From NCBI GenBank assembly GCA_043819075.1, contig JBDRFE010000059.1, positions 1 to 41,106 on the forward strand: DNA of 41,106 nucleotides, given 5' to 3'. Source of the DNA: an archaeon (GTDB lineage Archaea > Iainarchaeota > Iainarchaeia > Iainarchaeales > 1-14-0-10-31-34). Every line of letters starts with the position of its first letter. Position 1 is the stretch's first letter. A program made the translations under genes and the position numbers. The notes beneath the pieces are model-generated. The model was given only the letters and a program-made list of their open reading frames with translations. It ran no database searches and was not told where the DNA came from. Below are positions 9,708 through 18,723 of this stretch, in pieces.

Positions 9708-9769
9708 TATTCCTTCCTCTCATTTGGAATATTAAAAACCTAATGAAAGGAATTGAACCCTTATACTAA

Positions 9770-9943
9770 TGCGGCTAGCGGGAATCGAACCCGCAACTCA
9801 GGCTTATTCCAAAACCCGCTTCCGTGCGGGTGCAACGGTGCGCGGGATAAACCCGCGCTAGCACGACTTTATGTCGTGCGCTGGCGTCAACCGACAGCGG
9901 CGGTTGTTGGGAAGCCTGCATCTTACCACTGGACTATAGCCGC
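9770..9943 (-). tRNA. tRNA-Gly(CCC) with 103-nt intron (9805-9907) at 37/38
   Basis: Acceptor GCGGCTA/TAGCCGC, anticodon stem CAGGC/GCCTG, loop TT-CCC-A|A, T-arm GCGGG TTCGATT CCCGC, BHB central helix TTCC/GGAA. Confidence 0.95.
9861..9906 (-). repeat. 19+8+19 palindrome module, copy A (tRNA-Gly intron)
   Basis: CAACCGCCGCTGTCGGTTG ACGCCAGC GCACGACATAAAGTCGTGC on the minus strand. Confidence 0.85.
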
Positions 9944-9955
9944 CTAAACTATTTT

Positions 9956-11398
9956 TTATTCGTTGTATTTTAAAATCTCTGTTTCATTCCACCCGCATGC
10001 AAAGCTTATTGCGTTTTCTCCGAAAACGCATTCTTTGAAGTATTTCATTGAATAAATTTTATCAAACACCTGTTTTGCTGTAATTTCATCAGTATTCCTT
10101 ACAGCCTTGTCCTCGAAATTGAATACAATAAACCTCAGATTGCTTTCTTCAAAAAACTTTTTGTCGTCATCAGTTTTCTGGTATGTAAGAAACTGTAAAC
10201 TTTCTTTTAAAAAAGATTTTTTTCCCGCGTTCTCAAAATACAGTGAAGTCAAAATCCTTTCATCCAATGCAGTTGAATTCCTTAAGTGCTCTGAAAAACT
10301 TGGTTCAGCTAAAATTGAGCCAGTTTGCGTGAATTCTTCTAAAAACTTCATTGAACTAAAATCCTGTTTTTGCGTGCTAGGATAAAATCCCTGAAAACTC
10401 AAAAAAACAGCTGAAACAAGCAGTATTCCTGCATAAGCCACTGCAAAAATTTTCACTTTGTTATCAAAAACCTTTATACAGCCCAACACAATAATCGAGC
10501 TAAGTGAAAGAAATTTTATCTGCTCCCACACCCTCAGAAAAGGCGTTAAAAAAACTGTTGTTAAAGCAATCAAGCTCATGAAAACAAAGTACTTCCAGTA
10601 AACTGCTTTCTCATTCAAGCCTTTTCTGTAAATAAAATAAATTAACGGAATAATCAGCAGAAAAGTTATCGGCACAGAAAAATAAAATGCCTGCCTGAAA
10701 CTCAAAGAAACAAAGTTTATTGCTAAATTAATGTCATGGTTATACAAAAAGCTTTTTCCGTGAAAAACAAGGTAATAAATTATTACTAACAGCAAGCCAA
10801 TTATTGTGTAAATCAATGCCTTGGTTTTTTTTCTCAAAAAAAATGCCAGCGGAATAAAAGAGCCTAATATAATCAGGTAATTCCATAATAATCCGCTTGA
10901 ATAAATTACTGCCCCTAATTTGCTTTTTTTTTCGTTAAAGAAAAAAATTATTGCAGGCAAAAAAAAGAATACAAAGTTTTCCGGGCTGTCAAAAGCATAA
11001 GCAATAAGAGAAGAAGAAACTGCTGTTAAAAAAGCCGCAAGCAAAGCCTTTTTTTCTCCGGAATATTTTCTCACAAAAACAAAGACTGTTAGGATTGTTA
11101 ACAATGAAATAAACGGCAGTAAAATCATTCCCAGAAAAAAGAATTCAAATCCCGTAAAATAATGAATTATGTTCTGGAATACACTGTATAATGGAGGATA
11201 AATGTTTGCTCTTCCGCCTAAAGTGTCATCCATTGCAGGAATGCTTTTTGTTTCAAAAACTTTTTCCGCTATCCTCTGGTGGTATGGAGCATCATAGCTT
11301 ATTTGCGTGCCGAAAGACATTACTGGCGCAAACCTTAAAACTAATCCAATTAATAGAATGAGGACAAGGAATTTTTTCCAGTCAGTTTTTTCTTTCAT
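9956..11398 (-). CDS. GT-C fold membrane glycosyltransferase (STT3/PMT-like)
   Basis: First TM followed by SYDAPYH and YPPLY, many TMs, soluble C-terminal domain. Confidence 0.7.
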   Translation of the reverse strand: MKEKTDWKKFLVLILLIGLVLRFAPVMSFGTQISYDAPYHQRIAEKVFETKSIPAMDDTLGGRANIYPPLYSVFQNIIHYFTGFEFFFLGMILLPFISLLTILTVFVFVRKYSGEKKALLAAFLTAVSSSLIAYAFDSPENFVFFFLPAIIFFFNEKKSKLGAVIYSSGLLWNYLIILGSFIPLAFFLRKKTKALIYTIIGLLLVIIYYLVFHGKSFLYNHDINLAINFVSLSFRQAFYFSVPITFLLIIPLIYFIYRKGLNEKAVYWKYFVFMSLIALTTVFLTPFLRVWEQIKFLSLSSIIVLGCIKVFDNKVKIFAVAYAGILLVSAVFLSFQGFYPSTQKQDFSSMKFLEEFTQTGSILAEPSFSEHLRNSTALDERILTSLYFENAGKKSFLKESLQFLTYQKTDDDKKFFEESNLRFIVFNFEDKAVRNTDEITAKQVFDKIYSMKYFKECVFGENAISFACGWNETEILKYNE

Positions 11399-12053
11399 TA
11401 GAATTCCTTTTTTCGCCGATTAAAGTAAAAATAAGTTTTCCTTTCTTTTTGTCTAAAACAAAATCTGATTCAGCTAAATCAAACCTGAGCGCTTTGCCTG
11501 GTTCCGGGTATTTTGCGTTTATTATATCAACATTAAACTTAAGCCCTGTCCCTTGTTCATAAAACACTCTTTTCAAGTCGTTAAAGGTTATTCTCCTTTT
11601 TCTGCAGTATTTTATGATTCTCCTGAATTCTGATACAGTCAGCCGGTCTTTTTCGTAAATCCTTTCTGTTTCTGGCACTCTCTCTGCTATTTCAAGTGCA
11701 GCTAAAGCCTGTTCTAGTGTAGGCCTTTGAAGGAGTTTTGCAATTCTTTTTTCTTTAAAGGATTTCGGCACCAAAAGCCTGTATTCTGGCGCAGAAATTA
11801 CTTTTTTTCTTCTGGAAATTTTATGAAGTGCTCTAAGTTTTTTTGTTTCATGAATAGTTGGTTTTCTGAAATCAGTTGTTCCATGAATTCCCTGCCATGG
11901 TTTTGCTTTAAAGATTAGTTTTACTCTTTGACTGGGCGTTCCTGTGAATCCGCTTGTTTGAAGCCTTTTTGTTGGCTGAGTAACCTTTTTTGCTTTTCTT
12001 GTTCCAAGCCTTTGCCTTGCAGTTCTTGTTCTTTGAGATAAAATTCTTCTCAT
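11382..12053 (-). CDS. Basic hypothetical protein
   Basis: ATG at 12053 (MRRILSQRTRTARQR); the longer start in the ORF track lies inside the tRNA. Confidence 0.65.
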   Translation of the reverse strand: MRRILSQRTRTARQRLGTRKAKKVTQPTKRLQTSGFTGTPSQRVKLIFKAKPWQGIHGTTDFRKPTIHETKKLRALHKISRRKKVISAPEYRLLVPKSFKEKRIAKLLQRPTLEQALAALEIAERVPETERIYEKDRLTVSEFRRIIKYCRKRRITFNDLKRVFYEQGTGLKFNVDIINAKYPEPGKALRFDLAESDFVLDKKKGKLIFTLIGEKRNSNERKN

Positions 12054-12075
12054 TTTTTTTCCCTTCTTTTTTTTT

Positions 12076-12175
12076 CGCAGGGAGTGAGATTTGAACTCAC
12101 GCGTGCAAAGCACAGCGCGTTACTCTATTTTTCTGCTCGAGCGCGCCCCGTTTGGCCTGACTCCGGCACCCCTGC
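12076..12175 (-). tRNA. tRNA-Ser(CGA) with 15-nt intron (12121-12135)
   Basis: Acceptor GCAGGGG/TCCCTGC, G73, anticodon stem GCGCG/CGCGC, loop CT-CGA-G|A, variable arm GTGC-TTT-GCAC, T-arm GTGAG TTCAAAT CTCAC. Confidence 0.9.
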
Positions 12176-13081
12176 CAAAGATTCTAATTTCTTTTTCTTG
12201 TTAGAATGATTAAAGCTAATTAATTTTAAATAGTTTCTTATTCTGTCTTTTTTTCTTATTTCTAATAAATAATTGGTATTCCAGTTTTTTTGTTTTCTTT
12301 CATATTTATATATTTTGGATGTTTCAATTCCTAAACTCTCTAACATAAGCTTTATGCCATATAACCCTGTTTTGTTAACTGATTGTAGCTGAATTTTGTC
12401 TTTTCCAACATGGGCTTCACAGTCAAAGAAAGCCCTTAACCACTCAGCTTTCATGCTTTTTGTTTTAAGAAACTCAAAAGGAACCGCCCATTCATGGGTT
12501 CCAAATTTTGTTATTTTTGTTAAATCAAAATAAGCTACTTTGTGGCTGCCTTTCATTACATAGAACTTATGAATTTTGTGTTTTATTATATTAAATTTTT
12601 TGCCATAAAGTTCAAAAAAAGCGTAATTAAAGCTTTCAGCCATCTTAAAATCATCAGGATAAAAACCAATATCATATCTAAAGCTATTTGGTGATGAACC
12701 TGTTCTTTTGAATATTGTTCCGTCTCCTGCCAGATAGCCACAAATTCTGGCTTTTAGTTTTAAATAGTGTTCAGTATTTTTCTTTTCTAATTCATTTCTC
12801 AATTTTGCCAGTTTTTTATTCCACCTATCCCGATTTGCCCAAAACTCTTCAAGATATTCTGCTTTTGCTAAAAAATAATTTTGTTTCTTTTTTGGAATAA
12901 AACCCAGAAGTTCTTCAAATAATTTTTTTGGAAAAGTTCTTCTGTTATATTTAATGTCTTTTATAGTCCATCTGCTGTATGAAGTCTTATCAGCTAGTTT
13001 TGTCCAACTTTTAAATTTTTCTGATTTACTAATTAATTCAAAAAATTCATCTAAAACACGTTTTACTAATTTAACTCTCAC
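12125..13081 (-). CDS. Free-standing two-motif LAGLIDADG endonuclease-like protein with N-terminal HTH
   Basis: ICGYLAGDG and WLRAFFDCEA motifs; no intein splicing ends; stop codon lies inside the tRNA intron. Confidence 0.9.
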   Translation of the reverse strand: MRVKLVKRVLDEFFELISKSEKFKSWTKLADKTSYSRWTIKDIKYNRRTFPKKLFEELLGFIPKKKQNYFLAKAEYLEEFWANRDRWNKKLAKLRNELEKKNTEHYLKLKARICGYLAGDGTIFKRTGSSPNSFRYDIGFYPDDFKMAESFNYAFFELYGKKFNIIKHKIHKFYVMKGSHKVAYFDLTKITKFGTHEWAVPFEFLKTKSMKAEWLRAFFDCEAHVGKDKIQLQSVNKTGLYGIKLMLESLGIETSKIYKYERKQKNWNTNYLLEIRKKDRIRNYLKLISFNHSNKKKKLESLAGVPESGQTGRARAEK

Positions 13082-13148
13082 ATTATCGCATATTATTGCT
13101 GTTTTTTATGTTTTAAAAGGATTTTCAGGCTGCACTGCCTCTGATTGC

Positions 13149-14273
13149 CTAGTTTTTTGCTTTTGCTGGCTGTTTTTTGCCAGAATTCTCTTTTTTTGCT
13201 TTAGCTATTTCAAATAATTTCTGCATTTCCTTTCTTTCAATTACTCCAGAAATTTTTCCTTTTTTTTGGACTGCAATTAATTCATAGTTTGTTGCCATAA
13301 ACAATTCCATTGCTTTTTCTGCTTTAGCTTCATCTGGAATAACATGCATTTCAGCTGAAGCATCAAAAGCCTTTATTTCAGCCCAATTGCCTTTCTTCAC
13401 TTTCTTCATTAACTCCAAGTCAATGTATTTCAAGGCATTTTTTTGCTTTAATAAAAAGCTGAACCTGTTTTCTTTTTCCATTAAATCAAATAATTCTTTT
13501 AATGAAAGATTTTTTTTCAGCAAAGGAATTTTTTTGCTGGTTATTTTTTTTACATCAATTCCGTCTAAAACATCTTTCATCTGCTGTAAGTCGTTTTCGT
13601 ATTTTGAGGCAAAATAAATAAAGACTGCAATTACAGACAATAAGATTCCGCCTGAAAAGATTCCTGCAATAAACAAAATTAATGCAACTAATTTGCTTAT
13701 TTTTGCCACAAAAGCTGTTGCCTTTGTTTTCCCGAACTTTAATGACAAAAGAGAACGCCAGACTCTTCCCCCATCCAATGGAAGCGCCGGCACCAGCAAA
13801 TTGAATGTTCCAAGCATTAGGTTAACATACATTAAAGCAAAAACAGGGTAATTCATTAAAGCAGAATTAATGTTTCCTGTTATTTCTGTTTGAGTTGGAA
13901 AAGGAATGAAGTCAAGCAATGAAACAATGAATACAAGAACTATTACTACCGCAAAATTGAATAATGGCCCTGCAACAGAAATCAGGAACTCGTCTATTGG
14001 TTTTTCAGGAAAGTTTTCTGTTAAAGCCATTCCTCCGATTGGAAGCAGAATAATTTTTTTTACTTTAATTCCTTTTTTGATTGAAACCATTGAATGCGTT
14101 AGTTCATGAAAGAAAACCGAGGTAAACAAAAAAACAATTAAGGTAATGCTTCCAATCAGGTTAATCGGGTCAAATAATGCCAGCAGTAAAACAATGAATG
14201 CAATGAATAACACAAAAGTTGAATGCAGTTCTATTTCTATTCCAGAAATTCTCCCGATATTAAAGGATTTCAT
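13149..14273 (-). CDS. Site-2 protease (M50) with degenerate CBS domains
   Basis: HELTH, AGPLFN, NLLVPALPLDGG. Confidence 0.92.
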   Translation of the reverse strand: MKSFNIGRISGIEIELHSTFVLFIAFIVLLLALFDPINLIGSITLIVFLFTSVFFHELTHSMVSIKKGIKVKKIILLPIGGMALTENFPEKPIDEFLISVAGPLFNFAVVIVLVFIVSLLDFIPFPTQTEITGNINSALMNYPVFALMYVNLMLGTFNLLVPALPLDGGRVWRSLLSLKFGKTKATAFVAKISKLVALILFIAGIFSGGILLSVIAVFIYFASKYENDLQQMKDVLDGIDVKKITSKKIPLLKKNLSLKELFDLMEKENRFSFLLKQKNALKYIDLELMKKVKKGNWAEIKAFDASAEMHVIPDEAKAEKAMELFMATNYELIAVQKKGKISGVIERKEMQKLFEIAKAKKENSGKKQPAKAKN

Positions 14274-14348
14274 AATCTAAAGGTACTGCTAAAAGTAATT
14301 AAATGCTTTGCAAAAAAAAGAAAGTGAAGGGAAAATTATTTTCCCTTT

Positions 14349-14660
14349 TTATTGCAGATCTATTTTTATTCCGCCGACTTTTGATGCTATAAAGTTATAT
14401 ATCCAGGCTCCGATAAACCCAATAATGAATCCGCCGACTGCTCCTCCAATGACCATCATTATTGTTGCAATCAATCCTCCGACCATGCCTCCTGCAGCAC
14501 CTCCTCCTGCATTGCCCATCAGGCCTCCAAGCGCTGAGCCAAGCAATCCTGCAAAGAGAGTTACAAGTAACCCGACAATTAAGTAAACAAAAGCAAGCAT
14601 TACTGCCATTACTTTTGCGTATTGCATTGGGTCTATTCTAGTTATTGTTTGTGTACCCAT
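14349..14660 (-). CDS. Gly-rich two-TM protein (DUF3566-like)
   Basis: ITRIDPMQYAKV...WIYNFIASKVGGIKIDLQ; GAGGTGA SD. Confidence 0.7.
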   Translation of the reverse strand: MGTQTITRIDPMQYAKVMAVMLAFVYLIVGLLVTLFAGLLGSALGGLMGNAGGGAAGGMVGGLIATIMMVIGGAVGGFIIGFIGAWIYNFIASKVGGIKIDLQ

Positions 14661-14747
14661 TTTTAATTCACCTCACGAATTAAGTATTTTTAAGCTAAAA
14701 TAGGTAAAACTTGTATTTAAACCTAACTCTGGATACTTTTTCCTTTT

Positions 14748-15041
14748 TTATTCCAGTTTTTCCATTAATTCTTCTGCAATTTTTTTTGCAGTTTTTTCTT
14801 CAGGGGTTTCTTTTACAATAATTTTTCCGCTCTTGAACAAAGAAACATTTTTGCCTTTAAACTTAAGTATTAGCACATAAGGAGTTTCAATGTCAACTAC
14901 AACGTCTTTTTCCCTTAATTTTTGGGCAGTTCCTTCAAGGTTTAATTGCTGTTTTTTTTTTGGAATAAACTCGCAGGCTGTCTTGCTCATGCATGACTTA
15001 ACAGAAAAATCGCTTAACTTCATTTTCAACACTTTATTCAA
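14748..15041 (-). CDS. Small protein resembling the stand-alone C-terminal domain of MoeB/ThiF proteins
   Basis: TPYVLILKFKGKNVSLFKSGKIIVK...EKTAKKI. Confidence 0.55.
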   Translation of the reverse strand: MNKVLKMKLSDFSVKSCMSKTACEFIPKKKQQLNLEGTAQKLREKDVVVDIETPYVLILKFKGKNVSLFKSGKIIVKETPEEKTAKKIAEELMEKLE

Positions 15042-15369
15042 CTAATTCTGCAAGGCTTGCCCTGTGCTTTGCAATAGCATTTGATTCCTTGTGGTAATAA
15101 ATAAATCTTTTTAGCCCGTATAACGCAATAGCCGCTGAGATTCCTACAAGAACAACTCCTGTAATAAAAGCTATCTCGTTTTTGAAGAATTCAATTAAAG
15201 CAAATCCAAAAGCCGCTATTGCAACTGCAGTGTTAACCACAGCCAAAGTTGTCCTTAATTTTGATTCAATGGTTCTTTCTTTTGCCAGAAGCACATTCAA
15301 TAAATTAGGGTCTTTTTGCATTAACTTTCTTTCTTCTAACTGCCTTTGGGATAATTTTTCTTCTTCCAT
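15034..15369 (-). CDS. DUF202/YidH-family membrane protein
   Basis: LAKERT...LRTTLA followed by two TMs. Confidence 0.75.
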   Translation of the reverse strand: MEEEKLSQRQLEERKLMQKDPNLLNVLLAKERTIESKLRTTLAVVNTAVAIAAFGFALIEFFKNEIAFITGVVLVGISAAIALYGLKRFIYYHKESNAIAKHRASLAELVE

Positions 15370-15403
15370 ACTTTCACTTTAATCCATAATAGGTATTTAA
15401 TTA

Positions 15404-16312
15404 TTATTCTTTTATTTCAGCGTTGTCTATTACCCCGTCTCCGTCCAAGTCAATGCCTTCAACGATTTTTGACTGAATTTTTTCGTTAAAAGAATTCGGC
15501 TTTGAAATTTCTTTTAAATGCCTGATTAAAGCAATTATTGCTGCTTTTGTTCCCGCATTCCTGTTGCCTGCAATAACCATTATTTTTCTTCTCGCAAAAA
15601 AAGGATGCCTTATTATTTCAATAAAACCGGCTGAATCCTCATTAAACTCTTTTTTTGTTGTGTTAGACCTAATAATCCAGTGACCCCCAAATGGAATGAA
15701 CTGTGCGTTAAGCCTTGAATTAATTTCTTTTGTCAAAGTGTTTGTAAGCACTCCGCCAATAATAATTAAATTAGAGTTCTCGTTTTTCACTGACTGGATT
15801 TCAGTGTCAAGAAAAACCATCGGATAGCTTACTTCTTTTGACAAGCTCCCTAAAAAAGCACTTAATTCTACGGCTAAAAAAGCGTCTCTTGCCCTTGCCT
15901 TAAAGCTTCCATGAGGGTCGGGAGAACCAACAACAATTTTTGCATTTAATTTATTTTTTTCAATGAAAGGAAAAAAGAAGTCGCTTGTTTTTTTGTCAAG
16001 CTTTTTTTCCTGGCCTGAAACCTCAAAATCTTTTCCTTTTCTTTCTTCAGCCACAAGCGAGACCACGCTAAATTTTGCCTTAAAGTATTTTGCCAGTGCG
16101 CCGAATTTTTCCTCTGTTTTTTCAATTTCAATTAAATCGTTTTTTTTCATCTGATTGATATAATAATACACTTTTTGCTCGTGCAGGTTAAGTTTTTTTG
16201 CTATTTCCGCGGGATAATAGCTTTTTTCTGTGAGCAATTTGAAAATCTTCCACCCGGTTTTTGAAATTAAGGGCTTGAGCTTTGCAGGGTTCTCAAATAT
16301 TTTTTCTTCCAA
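15404..16312 (-). CDS. ArsR-type HTH regulator with archaeal C-terminal domain
   Basis: YPAEIAKKLNLHEQKVYYYI HTH; IVVGSPDPHG motif; divergent from glmS. Confidence 0.8.
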   Translation of the reverse strand: MEEKIFENPAKLKPLISKTGWKIFKLLTEKSYYPAEIAKKLNLHEQKVYYYINQMKKNDLIEIEKTEEKFGALAKYFKAKFSVVSLVAEERKGKDFEVSGQEKKLDKKTSDFFFPFIEKNKLNAKIVVGSPDPHGSFKARARDAFLAVELSAFLGSLSKEVSYPMVFLDTEIQSVKNENSNLIIIGGVLTNTLTKEINSRLNAQFIPFGGHWIIRSNTTKKEFNEDSAGFIEIIRHPFFARRKIMVIAGNRNAGTKAAIIALIRHLKEISKPNSFNEKIQSKIVEGIDLDGDGVIDNAEIKE

Positions 16313-16454
16313 ACAATCATCTGTTATTAAAATATTCTTAATGTTATTAACTTTTTATTATTAATGGTTTGCTTTTGTTTTTAAACCTTTGTTTCCGGCT
16401 ATTGTTTTTTTTTTTAATGCCCTTTTTTTAAATCTTGATGTGCATTATTGTTTA

Positions 16455-18215
16455 ATGTGTGGCATTGTAGGGTTTATCGGCCAACCAATCAAGGGAAAGC
16501 TTATCACTGATGCATTAAAAAAGCTTGAATACAGGGGCTATGATTCCTGGGGCGCAGCTTTTTTTCATAACAATAAAATTGAGTCATTCAAAACTGTTGG
16601 TTCAATCGGAAAAATCCCTAAAAAAATCCAGGAAATTGAATCCCATTTGGCTATCGGCCATACGCGCTGGGCAACTCATGGCGGTATTTCCAAAAAAAAC
16701 GCCCATCCTCATGTTTCTTTTTCTAATGAAATTGCTATTGTCCATAACGGCATCATAGAAAATTTTTCCGAGCTCAAAAAAAAGTTTCCCAAACACAATT
16801 TTAATTCTGAAACTGATTCAGAAATTGTTTTGTGCCTGATTGAAAACGAAATTAATTCAGGAAAAGACTTATTGACTGCAGTCAGCAAAGCTGTTTCTGT
16901 TTTAGAAGGAAGTTTTGCTTTGCTTGTTTTTTCTTCTAAAGAGCCTGACAGGCTTATTGCCGTAAAAAATGAAAGCCCGTTGTTGTTGGGAATTTCTGAT
17001 AAAGGATTTTTTGCGGCTTCTGACCAGATTCCCCTGAGTTCTTTCACCAAAAAATTTGTTTTTTTAGAGGACGGGGACATTGCTTTGGTTTCAAAAAATT
17101 CTTTTAAGTGCTTTGATTTTTCGCTTAACTCTGTTGAAAGAAAGCCGGTTGAAGTTGAATCTGATTTCACTTCTTCCGGAAAACTAAAGTATTCGCATTT
17201 CATGTTAAAGGAAATCATGGAGCAGCCTGTTGTTTTAAGGAATGCATTAAAACAGGACAAAAAAAAGTTTGATGAAACTGCTTCTTTGATTAAAAAGCAT
17301 TCCCTGTGTTTTGTAGGCAACGGCACTTCTTTTAATGCAGGATTGTTTGGAAAAGAATTTTTTTCAAGGATTGCAGGAATCCCTGTCCAGGCAATAGAGG
17401 CATCAGAGTTTCCGTATCAGCTGGATTTTCTTCCAAAAAATTCTGTTGTTTTTGCCTTGTCCCAGAGCGGTGAAACTGCAGACGTATTAGATTCTGTTAA
17501 GAAAGCAAAGAAAAAAGGCTTTAAAATAATTTCAATGGTTAATGTATTCAATTCTTCTCTGGCAAGGTTAAGCGATAAAGTAATTTACTTGAACTGCGGG
17601 GAAGAAATTGGTGTTGCTTCAACCAAGGCTTTTACTTCACAGGTTTCTTTATTGTATTTGCTTGCTAATTCCTGTACTGGAAAATTTGATTCTGCTTTAA
17701 ATGAATTAAATGAAGTTTCTTTTAAAATGCAGCAGGCAATTGAATTCAATTCGATTTCAGTTAAAGAGCTTTCCTCTAAAATAAAGTCTGCCAGCGATGT
17801 TTATTTTATCGGAAGAAGCCTGAATTATCCTGTTGCATTAGAAGCTGCATTGAAACTAAAAGAAATTTCTTATATTCATGCTGAAGCCTTTCAGGCAGGC
17901 AGTTTAAAGCACGGCCCTCTTGCATTAATCTCTAAAGGGGTTCCGGTTATTGCTGTAATGCCTAAAGACAAAGTGTTTAAGGACACTTTAAATAATGCAG
18001 TTGAAGCAAAAGCCAGAGGCGCATTTATTGTTGGGGTAAGCAATGAATTCAATAAAGCATTTGATTTTTTTATTAAGCTTCCTGAAACAAAAGAATTATT
18101 GTTTTCTTTGGTTTCAATTATTCCATTGCAGTTGCTTGCATTCCATACAGCAGTTTTTTTGGAAAGAAACCCTGACAGGCCAAGAAATTTAGCTAAAAGT
18201 GTTACAGTGAAGTGA
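16455..18215 (+). CDS. glmS: Glutamine-fructose-6-phosphate transaminase
   Basis: MCGIVG start at 16455, LEYRGYDS, GHTRWATHG, SQSGETAD, PRNLAKSVTV. Confidence 0.97.
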   Translation: MCGIVGFIGQPIKGKLITDALKKLEYRGYDSWGAAFFHNNKIESFKTVGSIGKIPKKIQEIESHLAIGHTRWATHGGISKKNAHPHVSFSNEIAIVHNGIIENFSELKKKFPKHNFNSETDSEIVLCLIENEINSGKDLLTAVSKAVSVLEGSFALLVFSSKEPDRLIAVKNESPLLLGISDKGFFAASDQIPLSSFTKKFVFLEDGDIALVSKNSFKCFDFSLNSVERKPVEVESDFTSSGKLKYSHFMLKEIMEQPVVLRNALKQDKKKFDETASLIKKHSLCFVGNGTSFNAGLFGKEFFSRIAGIPVQAIEASEFPYQLDFLPKNSVVFALSQSGETADVLDSVKKAKKKGFKIISMVNVFNSSLARLSDKVIYLNCGEEIGVASTKAFTSQVSLLYLLANSCTGKFDSALNELNEVSFKMQQAIEFNSISVKELSSKIKSASDVYFIGRSLNYPVALEAALKLKEISYIHAEAFQAGSLKHGPLALISKGVPVIAVMPKDKVFKDTLNNAVEAKARGAFIVGVSNEFNKAFDFFIKLPETKELLFSLVSIIPLQLLAFHTAVFLERNPDRPRNLAKSVTVK

Positions 18216-18219
18216 TTTG

Positions 18220-18696
18220 ATGGATTTTGTTTTAAGAAAAGCATTGGAAAATGATGCAGGAGAAATTGCAGTAATTTTAGAGCAGGGCTACAGCATTAAG
18301 TCAGTTGAAGAAGGATTAAAGGTTTTTAGCAACGAGAAATCAAAGGGCTGGAATTTTCTTGTAGCTGAATCAAATGCAAAGGTTGTTGGATTTGTTTCCT
18401 GGCAGATGAAGGGCCTGCCAAGGCATGGCTTAATTGAATTAGACAGGATTGCTGTTTCAAGGGATTTCAGGGGAAAAGGGGTTGCAGGAAAATTGTTTGG
18501 TTTCATGGAAGAACAGGCAAAACAATTTTTTTCTTCTGAAAACGAAAAACTCAGAAAACTTTTTTTGTTCACCCATGAAGACAATAAAACAGCTATTTCT
18601 TTTTACGAGAAAATGGGAATGGAAAAAGATGCTTTGCTTAAAAACCATTATTATGGCAACAAAAACGAGATTGTAATGAGGAAATTTTATGGTTGA
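18220..18696 (+). CDS. GNAT-family N-acetyltransferase
   Basis: IAVSRDFRGKGVA, AISFYEKMG. Confidence 0.9.
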   Translation: MDFVLRKALENDAGEIAVILEQGYSIKSVEEGLKVFSNEKSKGWNFLVAESNAKVVGFVSWQMKGLPRHGLIELDRIAVSRDFRGKGVAGKLFGFMEEQAKQFFSSENEKLRKLFLFTHEDNKTAISFYEKMGMEKDALLKNHYYGNKNEIVMRKFYG

Positions 18697-18723
18697 TGTG
18701 GCTGATAATCTGCAGGTGAATAC

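Larger units (their letters stand above)
6729..9782. mobile_element. ~3-kb genomic island integrated at the tRNA-Gly(CCC) 3' end
   Basis: 14-bp direct repeat ATGCGGCTAGCGGG at 6729-6742 and 9769-9782 (tRNA 3' end); cargo is AbrB-like, PIN and orphan genes. Confidence 0.8.

Noticed and set aside
9753..9947. ORFs over tRNA loci (also 27257-27451, 30024-30239, 36556-36956)
   Set aside because: GC-rich tRNA and palindrome sequence lacks stops by chance; no protein features
12125..13081. LAGLIDADG ORFs as inteins or intron-encoded proteins
   Set aside because: No N-terminal C/S or C-terminal HN splicing motifs, no host exteins, and each tRNA is complete downstream rather than split by the ORF
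16389..16454. N-terminal extension of glmS in the ORF track (similarly 5461-5670 and 12054-12113)
   Set aside because: GlmS needs the N-terminal Cys of MCGIVG; the other extensions overlap neighbouring genes
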